A stretch of 64,000 nucleotides of DNA from NCBI GenBank assembly GCA_031458695.1, contig JAVKJW010000001.1:224001-288000 (forward strand), in the 5' to 3' direction. Shown here piece by piece: positions 28,276-37,375 of this stretch. A program made the position numbers and the translations under genes. The DNA comes from Candidatus Thermofontivivens primus (GTDB lineage: Bacteria > Sysuimicrobiota > Sysuimicrobiia > Sysuimicrobiales > Thermofontiviventaceae). Below the pieces are notes generated by a model. It saw only the letters and a program-made list of their open reading frames with translations. It did no database searches and was not told the DNA's origin. Within the stretch, counting starts at the first letter, position 1, and each line of letters begins with the position of its first letter.

Positions 28276-29404
28276 ATGAGGATGACCCTGGAAGAGCTGC
28301 GCACACTCATTGAGGAAGACCGCAGGCTCCTCGAAGAAATTGGAGAGCATCTTTGACGTCCCCTCGCTCTTCTCCCGGCTGAAATCCCTGGAGGAGGAAA
28401 TGCAGAAGCCTGATCTCTGGGCTGATCCTGAGGTCGCCCGGAGGGTGAGCCAGGAGGTCAACAGGCTCCGCTCCCAATTGGAGGAATACGAGGGGCTACG
28501 CCGTAGCCTGCGCGATCTCACTGAGCTCGCGGGGATTGCCGACGATGATCCGGAGATCCTCCTGGAGCTTGCCCGTGAGGCCCGGTCCGTCCATTCCAGG
28601 CTTGAGCAGATGCAACTCTCGCTCCTGTTAAGCGAGGAGCACGACAGGTCTAACGCCATCCTCTCGATCCATGCCGGTGCTGGGGGGACGGAATCCCAGG
28701 ACTGGGTGGAGATGCTCCTCCGCATGTACCTCCGCTGGGCAGAAGGGAAAGGCTATCGCACGGAGATTGTCGACCGTTCCCTGGGAGAAGAAGCAGGCCT
28801 GAAGAGCGTTACGGTCATCGTGAACGGTCCCTATGCGTATGGGTACCTGAAAGGGGAACGGGGGGTGCACCGTCTCGTCCGGCTCTCTCCTTTTGATGCC
28901 GCCCATCGCAGGCATACCTCCTTTGCCCTGGTCGATGTGGTGCCCGAGGTCGGGGAGGTAGAGGTCGAGCTCAGGGAGGAAGATCTCAAGGTTGAAACCT
29001 TCCGGGCAAGCGGGGCAGGGGGACAGAATGTGAATAAGGTGGAAACGGCCGTTCGCATCACCCACCTCCCCACAGGCATCGTCGTCCAGTGCCAGAATGA
29101 GCGCTCCCAGTATGCCAACAAGCTGACGGCTCTCCGCTTGCTGCGCGCGCGCCTTTATGAGCTTGAGCAGGAAAAGCAGCGGCAGCAGTTGGCTGCGCTC
29201 CGCGGGGAGTACCGCCAGGCTGCCTGGGGAAACCAGATCCGTTCTTATGTCCTCCATCCCTACCAGCTCGTGAAGGATCATCGCACTGGGGTGGAGACAG
29301 GGAACGCCCAGGCCGTCCTTGACGGGGAGATCGACCTGTTCATTGCCGCTTACCTCAAGGAACACGCCAGATCGAGAGCCTCCCAGGCTACGAGAGCTCC
29401 TTAA
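28276..29404 (+). CDS. prfB: Peptide chain release factor 2, +1 programmed frameshift
   Basis: [26 protein letters not shown] then CTT TGA C at 28351-28357, continuing in +1 frame DVPSLF...; SPF and GGQ motifs; start uncertain within 28270-28282. Confidence 0.96.
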
Positions 29405-29447
29405 ACGAGGAAGTTCTTCGAGAGGAGAGCGAGAAAGGAGGCTTCTT

Positions 29448-31490
29448 ACGGTCACCTGGATCGAGCCCTTCCGCAAGCAGCGTATCCTGGCCGTTCTTAT
29501 AGGGATCGGCCTTCTCGCTTCCCTCGCCATCCTCGCAGGCCGTGCAGGTGTGGAAGCGCATTCCCGCCAGGTGGAGATCGTCCTCGATGAGCCGAGCTGG
29601 AGGTTCCTGGCCTCGCGCGCAGGACTTCCCCCTGAGGGGTTGTTTGCCGAGCTCAAGAAGCGAGGAGCCACCTCCCTCGCCCTCTACGAGGCCACCCTTC
29701 GCAGGTTGCAGGAGGCAGGAACGATCAACTACGCGGCGGGGGCTGAGATCCTCTCCCAAGCACACGGAGGGTTCCTCCCACCCCTCCTGGGATCCCTCGT
29801 GCGGGAAGGAAAGGTTTCGCCCTATGCGGTCTATGTCTTCGGCCCTCCCTCCATCTTGGGGGAACTGGGCGCACGCTTTCAGGATTACCTGGGGGCCACC
29901 CGGGTGCGCCTTGTTCACGTAAGCGCTGGAAGCGAGGTGCTGGAAGTCCAGGGGGATGTGCGTGACCTGGAGGAGATGGGCTTGGGGTTCCTCCCTGGCA
30001 CTTCCCCTTCCTTCGGTTTGCGCGTTGTGCTACGGCTTCGGAACTACCGGGGCCTTTCTGCCGAGGGGCTGGAACGCCGTTTCTCCCGTTACACTGGATC
30101 TCCAGAGGGAACGCCAGTCATCTTTGAGCTGACCGAGGTCCTGGGCGCTGAACACCTCATCAAGCCAGCTGCGGAGCAAATGAAGCGTTTGGGGTTCCAA
30201 TTTGGTCGTATTGAAGCGTTCTCCGAGGCTCGCCGCCAGAGGGGCGAGGAATCCCTGGCCCGCCTCCTTGCTCCAACGGTGATCCGTGTGTTTAGCATCC
30301 CTCCAGAGGAGCTGAACCGTCTTGCTCCCTCCGAGGCCGTGGACAAGTACCTGCGCGCCGCCCGGGAGCGCAACATCCGGATCCTCTACATCCGTCCATT
30401 CCTCCAGACCAGCGCGGGGGTCGATGCGATCTCCACGAATCTCGAGTACGTGACGGCCATCGCCAGAGGGCTCAAGGAGCAGGGGTTCAAGTTAGGCCCA
30501 GCACAGCCCCTCCCTTCTTTCTACCCTCCCAGAGGTCTTTTCTACGCGGTCGCAGCAGGAGCCCTTGCAGGCGGAGCCTTGCTCCTTGGGCTTCTCTTGG
30601 AAGGGTTGGACCCCAAGCTAGGCATGGCGAGGCGTTATCTCCCGTTGCTCGTCCTCCTGGGTCTAGGTGTTACAGTCCTTTTCCGGTTTGCGGGCCCGTT
30701 TACCCTCTGGCGGAAGCTCCTCGCCCTTGGCACGGCGGTGGCCTTCCCCACCCTTGGCCTCCTCCTCGCCATACCCGTGCAGGGAGCCCCTGCCCAGAGC
30801 CAGTACCTGCTCCGATCCCTTCTGCTACGGACCCTCGGGACCTTGTGGCTCGCTGCGCTCTTTTCTGTGGTGGGTGGCCTATTAGTCGCTGCGCTGCTGA
30901 GCCAGTGGACTTTCATGATGGCCATGGACACGTTCATGGGTGTGAAGATCAACTACCTCCTCCCACCTGTCCTGGTGGCCTTCCTCCTGTGGACCCGAGC
31001 ACGGCCCGAAGAGAGCGGGTACAAGGAGCTCTGGCACCGGGCTGGTGCGTTCCTTGTGGAACCGCTCAGGGTCTGGCACGCCGTGCTCCTTGTGGTTTTG
31101 GCAGGGGCGTTCGGCGTCCTCCTCTTGCGCACGGGGAACATCGGTCTTCCCCTGCCAGCGGTGGAGGAGAAGATCCGAGTGGCTCTTGAACACGCGTTCA
31201 TCGCCAGGCCGAGGACCAAGGAATACCTCATCGGCCACCCTGCCCTGATGATGGCAGGAGCTTTGAGCTTGCTGGGGTGGTGGCGCTGGGCCATCCCACT
31301 CGCTGCCCTGGCTTCAATTGGCCAGGTGAGCATGGTGAACTCCTTTTCCCACATCCACACCCCTGTCCTCTATACCCTGTGGAGGACCTTAGGGGGTCTT
31401 GGCCTGGGTTCCGTCATGGGCCTCCTGGCAGTTGCCCTCCTCGTTGGGTTCGTCCGGCTCGTCCGCCCTTCCGCCTTGCGTGGTCCCTGA
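29448..31490 (+). CDS. DUF5693-like multi-pass membrane protein (probable ACG start)
   Basis: N-terminal TM, large soluble domain, RAARERNIR, FMGVK, RPRTKEYLIGHP, NSFSHIHTP; adjacent to csaB. Confidence 0.8.
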   Translation, partial: TVTWIEPFRKQRILAVLIGIGLLASLAILAGRAGVEAHSRQVEIVLDEPSWRFLASRAGLPPEGLFAELKKRGATSLALYEATLRRLQEAGTINYAAGAEILSQAHGGFLPPLLGSLVREGKVSPYAVYVFGPPSILGELGARFQDYLGATRVRLVHVSAGSEVLEVQGDVRDLEEMGLGFLPGTSPSFGLRVVLRLRNYRGLSAEGLERRFSRYTGSPEGTPVIFELTEVLGAEHLIKPAAEQMKRLGFQFGRIEAFSEARRQRGEESLARLLAPTVIRVFSIPPEELNRLAPSEAVDKYLRAARERNIRILYIRPFLQTSAGVDAISTNLEYVTAIARGLKEQGFKLGPAQPLPSFYPPRGLFYAVAAGALAGGALLLGLLLEGLDPKLGMARRYLPLLVLLGLGVTVLFRFAGPFTLWRKLLALGTAVAFPTLGLLLAIPVQGAPAQSQYLLRSLLLRTLGTLWLAALFSVVGGLLVAALLSQWTFMMAMDTFMGVKINYLLPPVLVAFLLWTRARPEESGYKELWHRAGAFLVEPLRVWHAVLLVVLAGAFGVLLLRTGNIGLPLPAVEEKIRVALEHAFIARPRTKEYLIGHPALMMAGALSLLGWWRWAIPLAALASIGQVSMVNSFSHIHTPVLYTLWRTLGGLGLGSVMGLLAVALLVGFVRLVRPSALRGP

Positions 31491-31491
31491 G

Positions 31492-32574
31492 ATGCGCATC
31501 GTTCTATCCGGCTATTACGGCTTCGGGAACACCGGTGACGAGGCAATTCTCTCTGCCACGGTGCGGGAGCTTCGGAGCCGCCTCCCCGGTGCCGAGGTCA
31601 TGGTTCTCTCCGCCGACCCGCAAAGAACTGCCAGGGAATACGGGGTACGGGCTATCCCCAGGGCGCATCCGATGAGCCTCCTGAAAGCTCTAGCTCGATG
31701 TACCCTCTTCCTAAGCGGGGGAGGGACGCTCCTCCAGGATGCCACGAGCTGGTGGAGCCCTCTCTATTACCTTGGAGTTCTGGCGGGGGGGCTCGCCCTG
31801 GCCGAGCGAACTGCGATCTACGCCCAAGGGTTCGGCCCTCTCCGCACCCGAGCGATCAGAGTCCTTGCGAGATGGCTCCTAGACCGTGTGGACCTCATCA
31901 CCCTCCGGGATGAAGATAGCAGGGTAGCGATCCAAGAGCTGGGGGTGCGTAGGCCAGGGATCTATGTGGGCGCCGATCCCGCGTTTCTCCTCGATCCTGT
32001 CCACCCAGGACGCGTGGAGGAGATCCTGGCAAGCGAGGCTATTGACCCCATCCGGCCCCGGATCATGGTGGCCGCTCGCCCCTGGGGAGGGGACTTCCTC
32101 CCAGGCTTCCTGGAGGGCCTCCGGGAGGCCTCCAACCGGCTCGATGCGCTCGTTGTCTTCCTCCCAATGCACCGGGCCTATGATCTCTCTCTTGCGGAAG
32201 AACTGGCTGCGGCGATTGGACCACGAGCGCGGGTCATCCGTGGGATCTATCGGCCTGAAGAGGTCATGGGGCTTGTGGGAGCCATGGACGTCCTGGTAGG
32301 CCTCCGGCTTCACGGGCTCATCTTCGCCGTCGCCACAGGAGTGGTACCTATCGGGCTCAGCTACGACCCTAAGGTGGTAAGCCTCCTCAGGGAGGTGGGG
32401 GAGGGGTATTCTCTTTCCTTGGCAAGGCTCACTCCTCAGGGTCTCTCCCAGTCCATTGAGCAGGCATGGGCAAATCGGGAGGGGAGCAGGGAGCGCCTGA
32501 GGGAAGCAGCTCTCCAGCTCCGGGAGCGTGCCCGAAAGGCTATTGAGCTGACCGTCAACCTGGTACATCCCTAA
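31492..32574 (+). CDS. csaB: Polysaccharide pyruvyl transferase
   Basis: SGYYGFGNTGDEA, SGGGTLLQDATS, AQGFGP, RLHGLI, SYDPKV. Confidence 0.93.
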   Translation: MRIVLSGYYGFGNTGDEAILSATVRELRSRLPGAEVMVLSADPQRTAREYGVRAIPRAHPMSLLKALARCTLFLSGGGTLLQDATSWWSPLYYLGVLAGGLALAERTAIYAQGFGPLRTRAIRVLARWLLDRVDLITLRDEDSRVAIQELGVRRPGIYVGADPAFLLDPVHPGRVEEILASEAIDPIRPRIMVAARPWGGDFLPGFLEGLREASNRLDALVVFLPMHRAYDLSLAEELAAAIGPRARVIRGIYRPEEVMGLVGAMDVLVGLRLHGLIFAVATGVVPIGLSYDPKVVSLLREVGEGYSLSLARLTPQGLSQSIEQAWANREGSRERLREAALQLRERARKAIELTVNLVHP

Positions 32575-32655
32575 CCCTCGTCGTTCCACGGGGAACCCCT
32601 GGCACATATCGAAAGATCCTCTGGGTACCTACCGTTCACTCCTCCTCAGGGGACA

Positions 32656-32685
32656 GGAGGAATTTGATAAGCAAATATGGAATTT
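32656..32685 (+). promoter_or_regulatory. SigmaH-like promoter of spoVS
   Basis: GGAGGAATT-N12-ATGGAATTT resembles the Bacillus sigmaH consensus RNAGGAWWW-N11/12-RNNGAATWW. Confidence 0.55.
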
Positions 32686-32726
32686 ACTTCAAACAACGGT
32701 TGCGGCAGCGCAGGGAGGGAGCCACC

Positions 32727-32990
32727 ATGCCCGAGGTCCTTAAGGTCTCAGCAGACTCCAAGCCTAAAGCCGTGGCCGGCGCCCTTGCCGCCGTCCTCCG
32801 GGAGAAGGGGTCAGTGGAGATCCAAGCGGTGGGCGCGGGAGCTGTCAACCAGGCGGTCAAGGCCATCGCCATCACCCGTGGATACGTCGCACCCAACGGG
32901 ATTGACCTGGTCGCGATCCCGGCGTTCACCAAAGTGGAGATCGACGGGGAGGAGCGGACGGCGATCAAGTTCCTGGTTGAAGCGCGCTAA
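32727..32990 (+). CDS. spoVS: Stage V sporulation protein S family
   Basis: EVLKVSADSKPKAVAGALA...QAVGAGAVNQAVKAIAI...PAF...EERTAIKF. Confidence 0.96.
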   Translation: MPEVLKVSADSKPKAVAGALAAVLREKGSVEIQAVGAGAVNQAVKAIAITRGYVAPNGIDLVAIPAFTKVEIDGEERTAIKFLVEAR

Positions 32991-33107
32991 TCCCCGACGG
33001 CGCGGCTACCAGATGTGCAAGGGAGTTGGTTGAGGACCTCCAGGCAATATTGTGCGCTGCGCACGCATTTACGATACGCCTGGGGACTTCCTCAGAGGAG
33101 GGGAAGG

Positions 33108-33464
33108 ATGTCCTTCATCCTTGTGCTCTTCTTGGCTGCGGTAGTCGCTTGGTTTGCAACCCAAAACCAAGAACCTGTCTTGATCCGTCTCTTCGGCCCT
33201 TACGTGGTTGCGGTCCAGGTGATCTGGTTAATCCTGGGCTCTGTTGCGGTAGGGGCCCTGATCACCTACGGCTTGGGCCTTAGTCGCGCATCAGGACGGA
33301 GGTCCTCCGCAGATGTTGACCGGAGGCTCCAGGAGCAACAAAAACGGCTAGAGGAACAAGGCCAGAAGCTCAAAGAGATCGAGGCCAAACTCGGAGCGCT
33401 TGAGGAGTCCGTGCGGAGGCAGGAGCAAAAGGCCGCAGAATGGTCGACTCCTACGGGGAGTTAA
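33108..33464 (+). CDS. LapA/DUF1049-like membrane protein with coiled-coil tail
   Basis: FATQNQEPV between two TM segments, then Q/E/K-rich coiled coil. Confidence 0.75.
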   Translation: MSFILVLFLAAVVAWFATQNQEPVLIRLFGPYVVAVQVIWLILGSVAVGALITYGLGLSRASGRRSSADVDRRLQEQQKRLEEQGQKLKEIEAKLGALEESVRRQEQKAAEWSTPTGS

Positions 33465-34390
33465 AAGTTTTCTTCGGGAGCGCGCATCCTGAGCTCGGCG
33501 AGGAGATCGTTCAGCATCTTGGGATTCCGCCTGGGAAGGTAACTCTCGAGCGGTTTGCCGATGGGGAGATCTACGTCCGGTACCTCGAGAACGCGCGCGG
33601 GGTAGACGCCTTCCTGATCCAGCCCACCTGTCATCCCGTCAACGAGAATCTCATGGAGTTGCTCATTATGATCGACGCGCTCCGCCGGGCATCGGCGGGG
33701 CGAATTACTGCGGTCATTCCCTACTTCGGGTATGCGCGGAAGGACAAGAAGGACGCCCCCCGAGAACCCATCACAGGGAGGCTGGTGAGCGACCTCCTCG
33801 TCTGTGCTGGGGCGCAGAGGATCCTCACCATCGACCTCCATGCGGAACAGATCGAGGGCTTCTTTAACATCCCCGTAGATCACCTCCGGGCGCTCCCCTT
33901 GTTCAGCAGGTACCTTTCCGAGAAAGCACTGGACCAAGCCGTTGTCGTCGCCCCCGACGACGGGGCAGTCAAGCGGGCAAAGGAGCTTGCTGACCGGTTG
34001 AACCTCCCCCTTGCCCTGATCTTCCAGCGTAGGACCTCCTCCGGCAGCAAAGAGCCGGTGCAGGTCGTCGGGGAGGTGGAGGGGAGGATCCCTATTCTCA
34101 TTGAGGACATCATCTCAACTGCGGAGACCGTTACCATCGCCGTTGATGTGCTCATGGAGCGCCATGCCCGTCCTGAGGTGTATATCTGTGCAACCCACCC
34201 GGTTCTCGCAGGCCCGGCCGTAGAGCGCCTGAACCGCGAGGAGATCCGGGAGGTCATTGTGACGAACACCATCCCCATCCCCCCGCACAAGCGGTTCCCG
34301 CAGCTGGTGGTCCTCTCTGCCGCACCCTTGCTAGCCGATGCGATCCAGCGCATCCACGAGCACCGGTCCGTCAGTGCCCTCTTTACATGA
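33440..34390 (+). CDS. prs: Ribose-phosphate pyrophosphokinase family protein (divergent active site)
   Basis: FADGEI, NENLMELL, PYFGYAR, IDLH, ATHPVL, TNTI. Confidence 0.88.
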   Translation: MVDSYGELKVFFGSAHPELGEEIVQHLGIPPGKVTLERFADGEIYVRYLENARGVDAFLIQPTCHPVNENLMELLIMIDALRRASAGRITAVIPYFGYARKDKKDAPREPITGRLVSDLLVCAGAQRILTIDLHAEQIEGFFNIPVDHLRALPLFSRYLSEKALDQAVVVAPDDGAVKRAKELADRLNLPLALIFQRRTSSGSKEPVQVVGEVEGRIPILIEDIISTAETVTIAVDVLMERHARPEVYICATHPVLAGPAVERLNREEIREVIVTNTIPIPPHKRFPQLVVLSAAPLLADAIQRIHEHRSVSALFT

Positions 34391-34571
34391 ACGCGCCGAA
34401 TTCCCTGCATCCAGATCCTCCTGCAATCGGTTAAGGACCTCTCCTGAAATCACAAGGTCACAGAATTTGTAGGGGAGCCCATCGCCCCTTGTAGAAGCGA
34501 GGACAAGGTGAGGGAGTGGTTGTCTTTCCCCGCTCCATGGTGTATCTTGGGAGACAAGAAGGAGGGGTTTT

Positions 34572-36080
34572 GTGAACACCGTCCGGACGCGGTTTGCCCC
34601 AAGCCCCACCGGATACCTCCACGTGGGCGGAGCGTGGACAGCCTTCTTCAACTGGCTCTTCGCCCGCCATCACGGGGGCCGGTTCATCCTGCGGATTGAG
34701 GACACTGACCGCAGCCGGTCCACGGAAGAGATGGTGGAGGCTATCCTGGAGGACTTCCGCTGGCTCGGGATCACCTGGGACGAGGGCCCGGATGTGGGAG
34801 GTCCCTATGGTCCATACCGCCAGACGGAGCGAATGGCCATTTACCAGGAGTATGCCAGGAAGCTCCTGGAGCGAGGGCACGCCTACTACTGCTATTGCAC
34901 TCCGGAAGAGCTTGAGGCGGAACGACACAAGGCCCAGGCGGAGCACCGGCCGTACCGCTACTCCGGTCGGTGCCGGTCCCTCTCCTCCAAGGAGGTCGCC
35001 CGGTTCGAGGCAGAGGGGCGGCGTCCCACCATCCGGTTGCGTGTCCGAGATTACGGGGAGACCATCGTGGTGCACGATCTGATCCGGGGAGAAGTGGTAT
35101 TCTCCCCTGAACACCTCGATGACTATATCATTGTGCGTTCGGACGGTACTCCTCTCTATAACTTCGCGAACGTAATCGATGACCACACCATGGCCATCAC
35201 CCACGTCATCCGGGCCGAGGAGCACCTCTCCAACACTCCCAAGCAGCTCCTCATCTACCGAGCCTTCGACTGGACTCCTCCCCAGGTCGCCCACCTGCCC
35301 ATGCTCCTTGGGCCTGATCGGTCCAAGCTGAGCAAGCGCCATGGAGCCACGGCGGTACGACAGTACCGGGAGGAGGGGTTCCTTCCTGAGGCGATCCTCA
35401 ATTACCTCGCCCTCCTCGGATGGTATCCAGAGGAGGATCGAGAGATCTACTCCCTAGAGGAACTGATCGCGCGCTTCCATCTGGAGGACGTGGGGAAGAG
35501 CCCGTCGGTATTCGATTACCAAAAGCTCGTCTGGATGAACGGCGTGTATATGCGGAAGCTGATGCACGAAGACCGCGCAAAGGTCCTCGCCCTTGTTGAG
35601 GAGACCCTGAAGCGGGAAGGGCTTTTACCGGAGGCGGTCGATCCTGCCACACGCGAGTACATCGCCAGGGTCGTGGAGGTCCTTGGGGATCGGATCAAGG
35701 TGGGGAGGGATGTCCTGCGGTACGGGGACTTCTTCTTCACCGAGCCAACCTACGATCCGGAGGCGGTGCGCACCTACCTGTGTGGCGAGGAGATTCCAGG
35801 CTATCTCTCCCGTCTGGAGGAGGAGTTCGCGAGGTGCCAAGAGTTTGACCGCGCGACCGTGGAACAGATCGTTCGCTCCCTAGCCGCGGAGTTACAGGTT
35901 TCCAGCAGGGTCCTCATCCACCCGCTCCGGGTGGCCCTCACCGGCAAGACCATCGGACCAGGTCTGTTCGAGTTGATGGAACTTCTCGGCCGTCACCGTG
36001 TCCTCCAGCGCCTCCAGAGGACGAGGGAGATGCTCAAGGGAGGGCTAACGGCTTCCACTGGCTCGTCTCCATGTTCCTGA
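34572..36080 (+). CDS. gltX: Glutamate-tRNA ligase
   Basis: RFAPSPTGYLHVGG, RIEDTD, CYC...YSGRC, KLSKR, GPGLFE. Confidence 0.96.
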   Translation: MNTVRTRFAPSPTGYLHVGGAWTAFFNWLFARHHGGRFILRIEDTDRSRSTEEMVEAILEDFRWLGITWDEGPDVGGPYGPYRQTERMAIYQEYARKLLERGHAYYCYCTPEELEAERHKAQAEHRPYRYSGRCRSLSSKEVARFEAEGRRPTIRLRVRDYGETIVVHDLIRGEVVFSPEHLDDYIIVRSDGTPLYNFANVIDDHTMAITHVIRAEEHLSNTPKQLLIYRAFDWTPPQVAHLPMLLGPDRSKLSKRHGATAVRQYREEGFLPEAILNYLALLGWYPEEDREIYSLEELIARFHLEDVGKSPSVFDYQKLVWMNGVYMRKLMHEDRAKVLALVEETLKREGLLPEAVDPATREYIARVVEVLGDRIKVGRDVLRYGDFFFTEPTYDPEAVRTYLCGEEIPGYLSRLEEEFARCQEFDRATVEQIVRSLAAELQVSSRVLIHPLRVALTGKTIGPGLFELMELLGRHRVLQRLQRTREMLKGGLTASTGSSPCS

Positions 36081-36149
36081 TCCAAAAGGGAACCCAGGGG
36101 AGGTCTTCTCCTCTTGGCCAGGGTACTGCGTTCTCGGCGAGAGGAGTAG

Positions 36150-36258
36150 TATAATAGGAAGTGGAGCCGCATTGCTCCTTGGTGCGGGGGTCGGAAGGCT
36201 CCATGGGCTCCACTGGTTCCCAGTGGGGACTTCCCTATCAGGGAGGTGAGGAGCAATG
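36150..36258 (+). promoter_or_regulatory. TATAAT plus structured 5' leader with anti-RBS, candidate translational switch
   Basis: TATAAT 36150-55; CATTGCTCCT (36170-79) is the exact complement of AGGAGCAATG (36249-58). Confidence 0.5.
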
Positions 36259-36606
36259 ATCTGGGCCAACGTGGTGAACGGACTCATTGGCATCTGGTTC
36301 ATTATTGCGCCCTTCGTGCTCCGCTTCACCAATCAGCCCGCGGCGATGTGGACGAGCATCATCGCCGGATTGATCCTGGCGGTCCTTGCCGGAGCAGCGG
36401 TCTTCAATGAGCAGGCGCGGAGGCAGACCTGGATCCAGTATGTGAACGGGCTGCTTGGGATTTGGTACATCATCTCCCCCTTCGTGCTGGGGTTCACCGG
36501 CCAGCCCGTCATGCTCTGGATCTACCTGATCGGCGGCGTGGTTGTCCTGGTCCTGGCAGCATGGCTTGCCTTTAGCGTCCTGCCCAAGGTCGCCCCCACC
36601 CGCTGA
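36256..36606 (+). CDS. SPW-repeat small membrane protein (4 TM)
   Basis: Internal repeat NGLIGIWFIIAPFVL / NGLLGIWYIISPFVL. Confidence 0.82.
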   Translation: MIWANVVNGLIGIWFIIAPFVLRFTNQPAAMWTSIIAGLILAVLAGAAVFNEQARRQTWIQYVNGLLGIWYIISPFVLGFTGQPVMLWIYLIGGVVVLVLAAWLAFSVLPKVAPTR

Positions 36607-36665
36607 TCCGAGGACGCGTTCCGGCAAGTGGAATTCCTTCCGGCCCCCGCGCGGAGAGCTGTTTC

Positions 36666-36694
36666 TTGACAGGGCCCCAGAAGGTTTTTATGAT
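36666..36694 (+). promoter_or_regulatory. Sigma70 promoter of tRNA-Gln
   Basis: TTGACA-N17-TATGAT. Confidence 0.8.
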
Positions 36695-36774
36695 AGGAAA
36701 GGCCGGAGACGGGCATTGTCTACGGGAAGGCACGTCGCCGAGCCTCGTTTCTCATCTGCCCTCCCAAAAGGCGC

Positions 36775-36848
36775 TGGGGGATCGTCTAACGGTAGGACGA
36801 CGGGCTCTGGACCCGTTGGCGGAGGTTCGAATCCTCCTCCCCCAGCCA
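36775..36848 (+). tRNA. tRNA-Gln (anticodon CTG)
   Basis: Acceptor TGGGGGA/TCCCCCA, anticodon arm ACGGG-CTCTGGA-CCCGT, T arm GGAGG-TTCGAAT-CCTCC, encoded CCA. Confidence 0.97.
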
Positions 36849-37034
36849 GAAATCCATTTTTAGACTTCCTCTTCATATTCATACCGCAACCCTCTCTTCG
36901 CCTTCACACAATCGCTTGCCGACCCTTCTCCTCATTCGGTGTCCAGCTCGCGTTTCCGCACTCAAGATACGGTTAGGGAAAAGCTTGACTGCTTGGGATG
37001 GCTCCTCTCTGCCCTTTCTCGGCTGATTGCATTC

Positions 37035-37063
37035 TTGACATCAAGAGTAAAGATTGCTATGTT
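37035..37063 (+). promoter_or_regulatory. Sigma70-type promoter upstream of the sulfurtransferase module
   Basis: TTGACA-N17-TATGTT with extended TG; -35 within palindrome TCTTGA-CA-TCAAGA. Confidence 0.65.
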
Positions 37064-37168
37064 ATGGAAAAGCCATCATGAGGAATGATGGGTTTCTTCG
37101 CAGGCCACGTGAATGTATCTGTCCCCCGCGGAGGGCGGTGGGATGTGCTTCCCCTCCGCTTTGAAGCT

Positions 37169-37201
37169 CCAGCGAAATCTTTTCTAGCAAGATTTCGCTG
37201 G
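37169..37201. repeat. Dispersed palindromic element (REP-like), copy 1
   Basis: CCAGCGAAATCTT-ttctagc-AAGATTTCGCTGG; same arms as 13001-13029. Confidence 0.7.
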
Positions 37202-37375
37202 GGACCCCGGTCTCTCCACCCTACAAAATACCTGCATTTTGTGGGGAGAGGGCAAACATCGCGTAGTCTATCTCCGGGGACCTTCATCCGTTGAGGGAGC
37301 AATCCTGCACGTCCTCCGCAAGAGCTCTCCTCCCTTCACTTCTCCTTCCTCATGAATTCATCCAAGGAGGGAACG

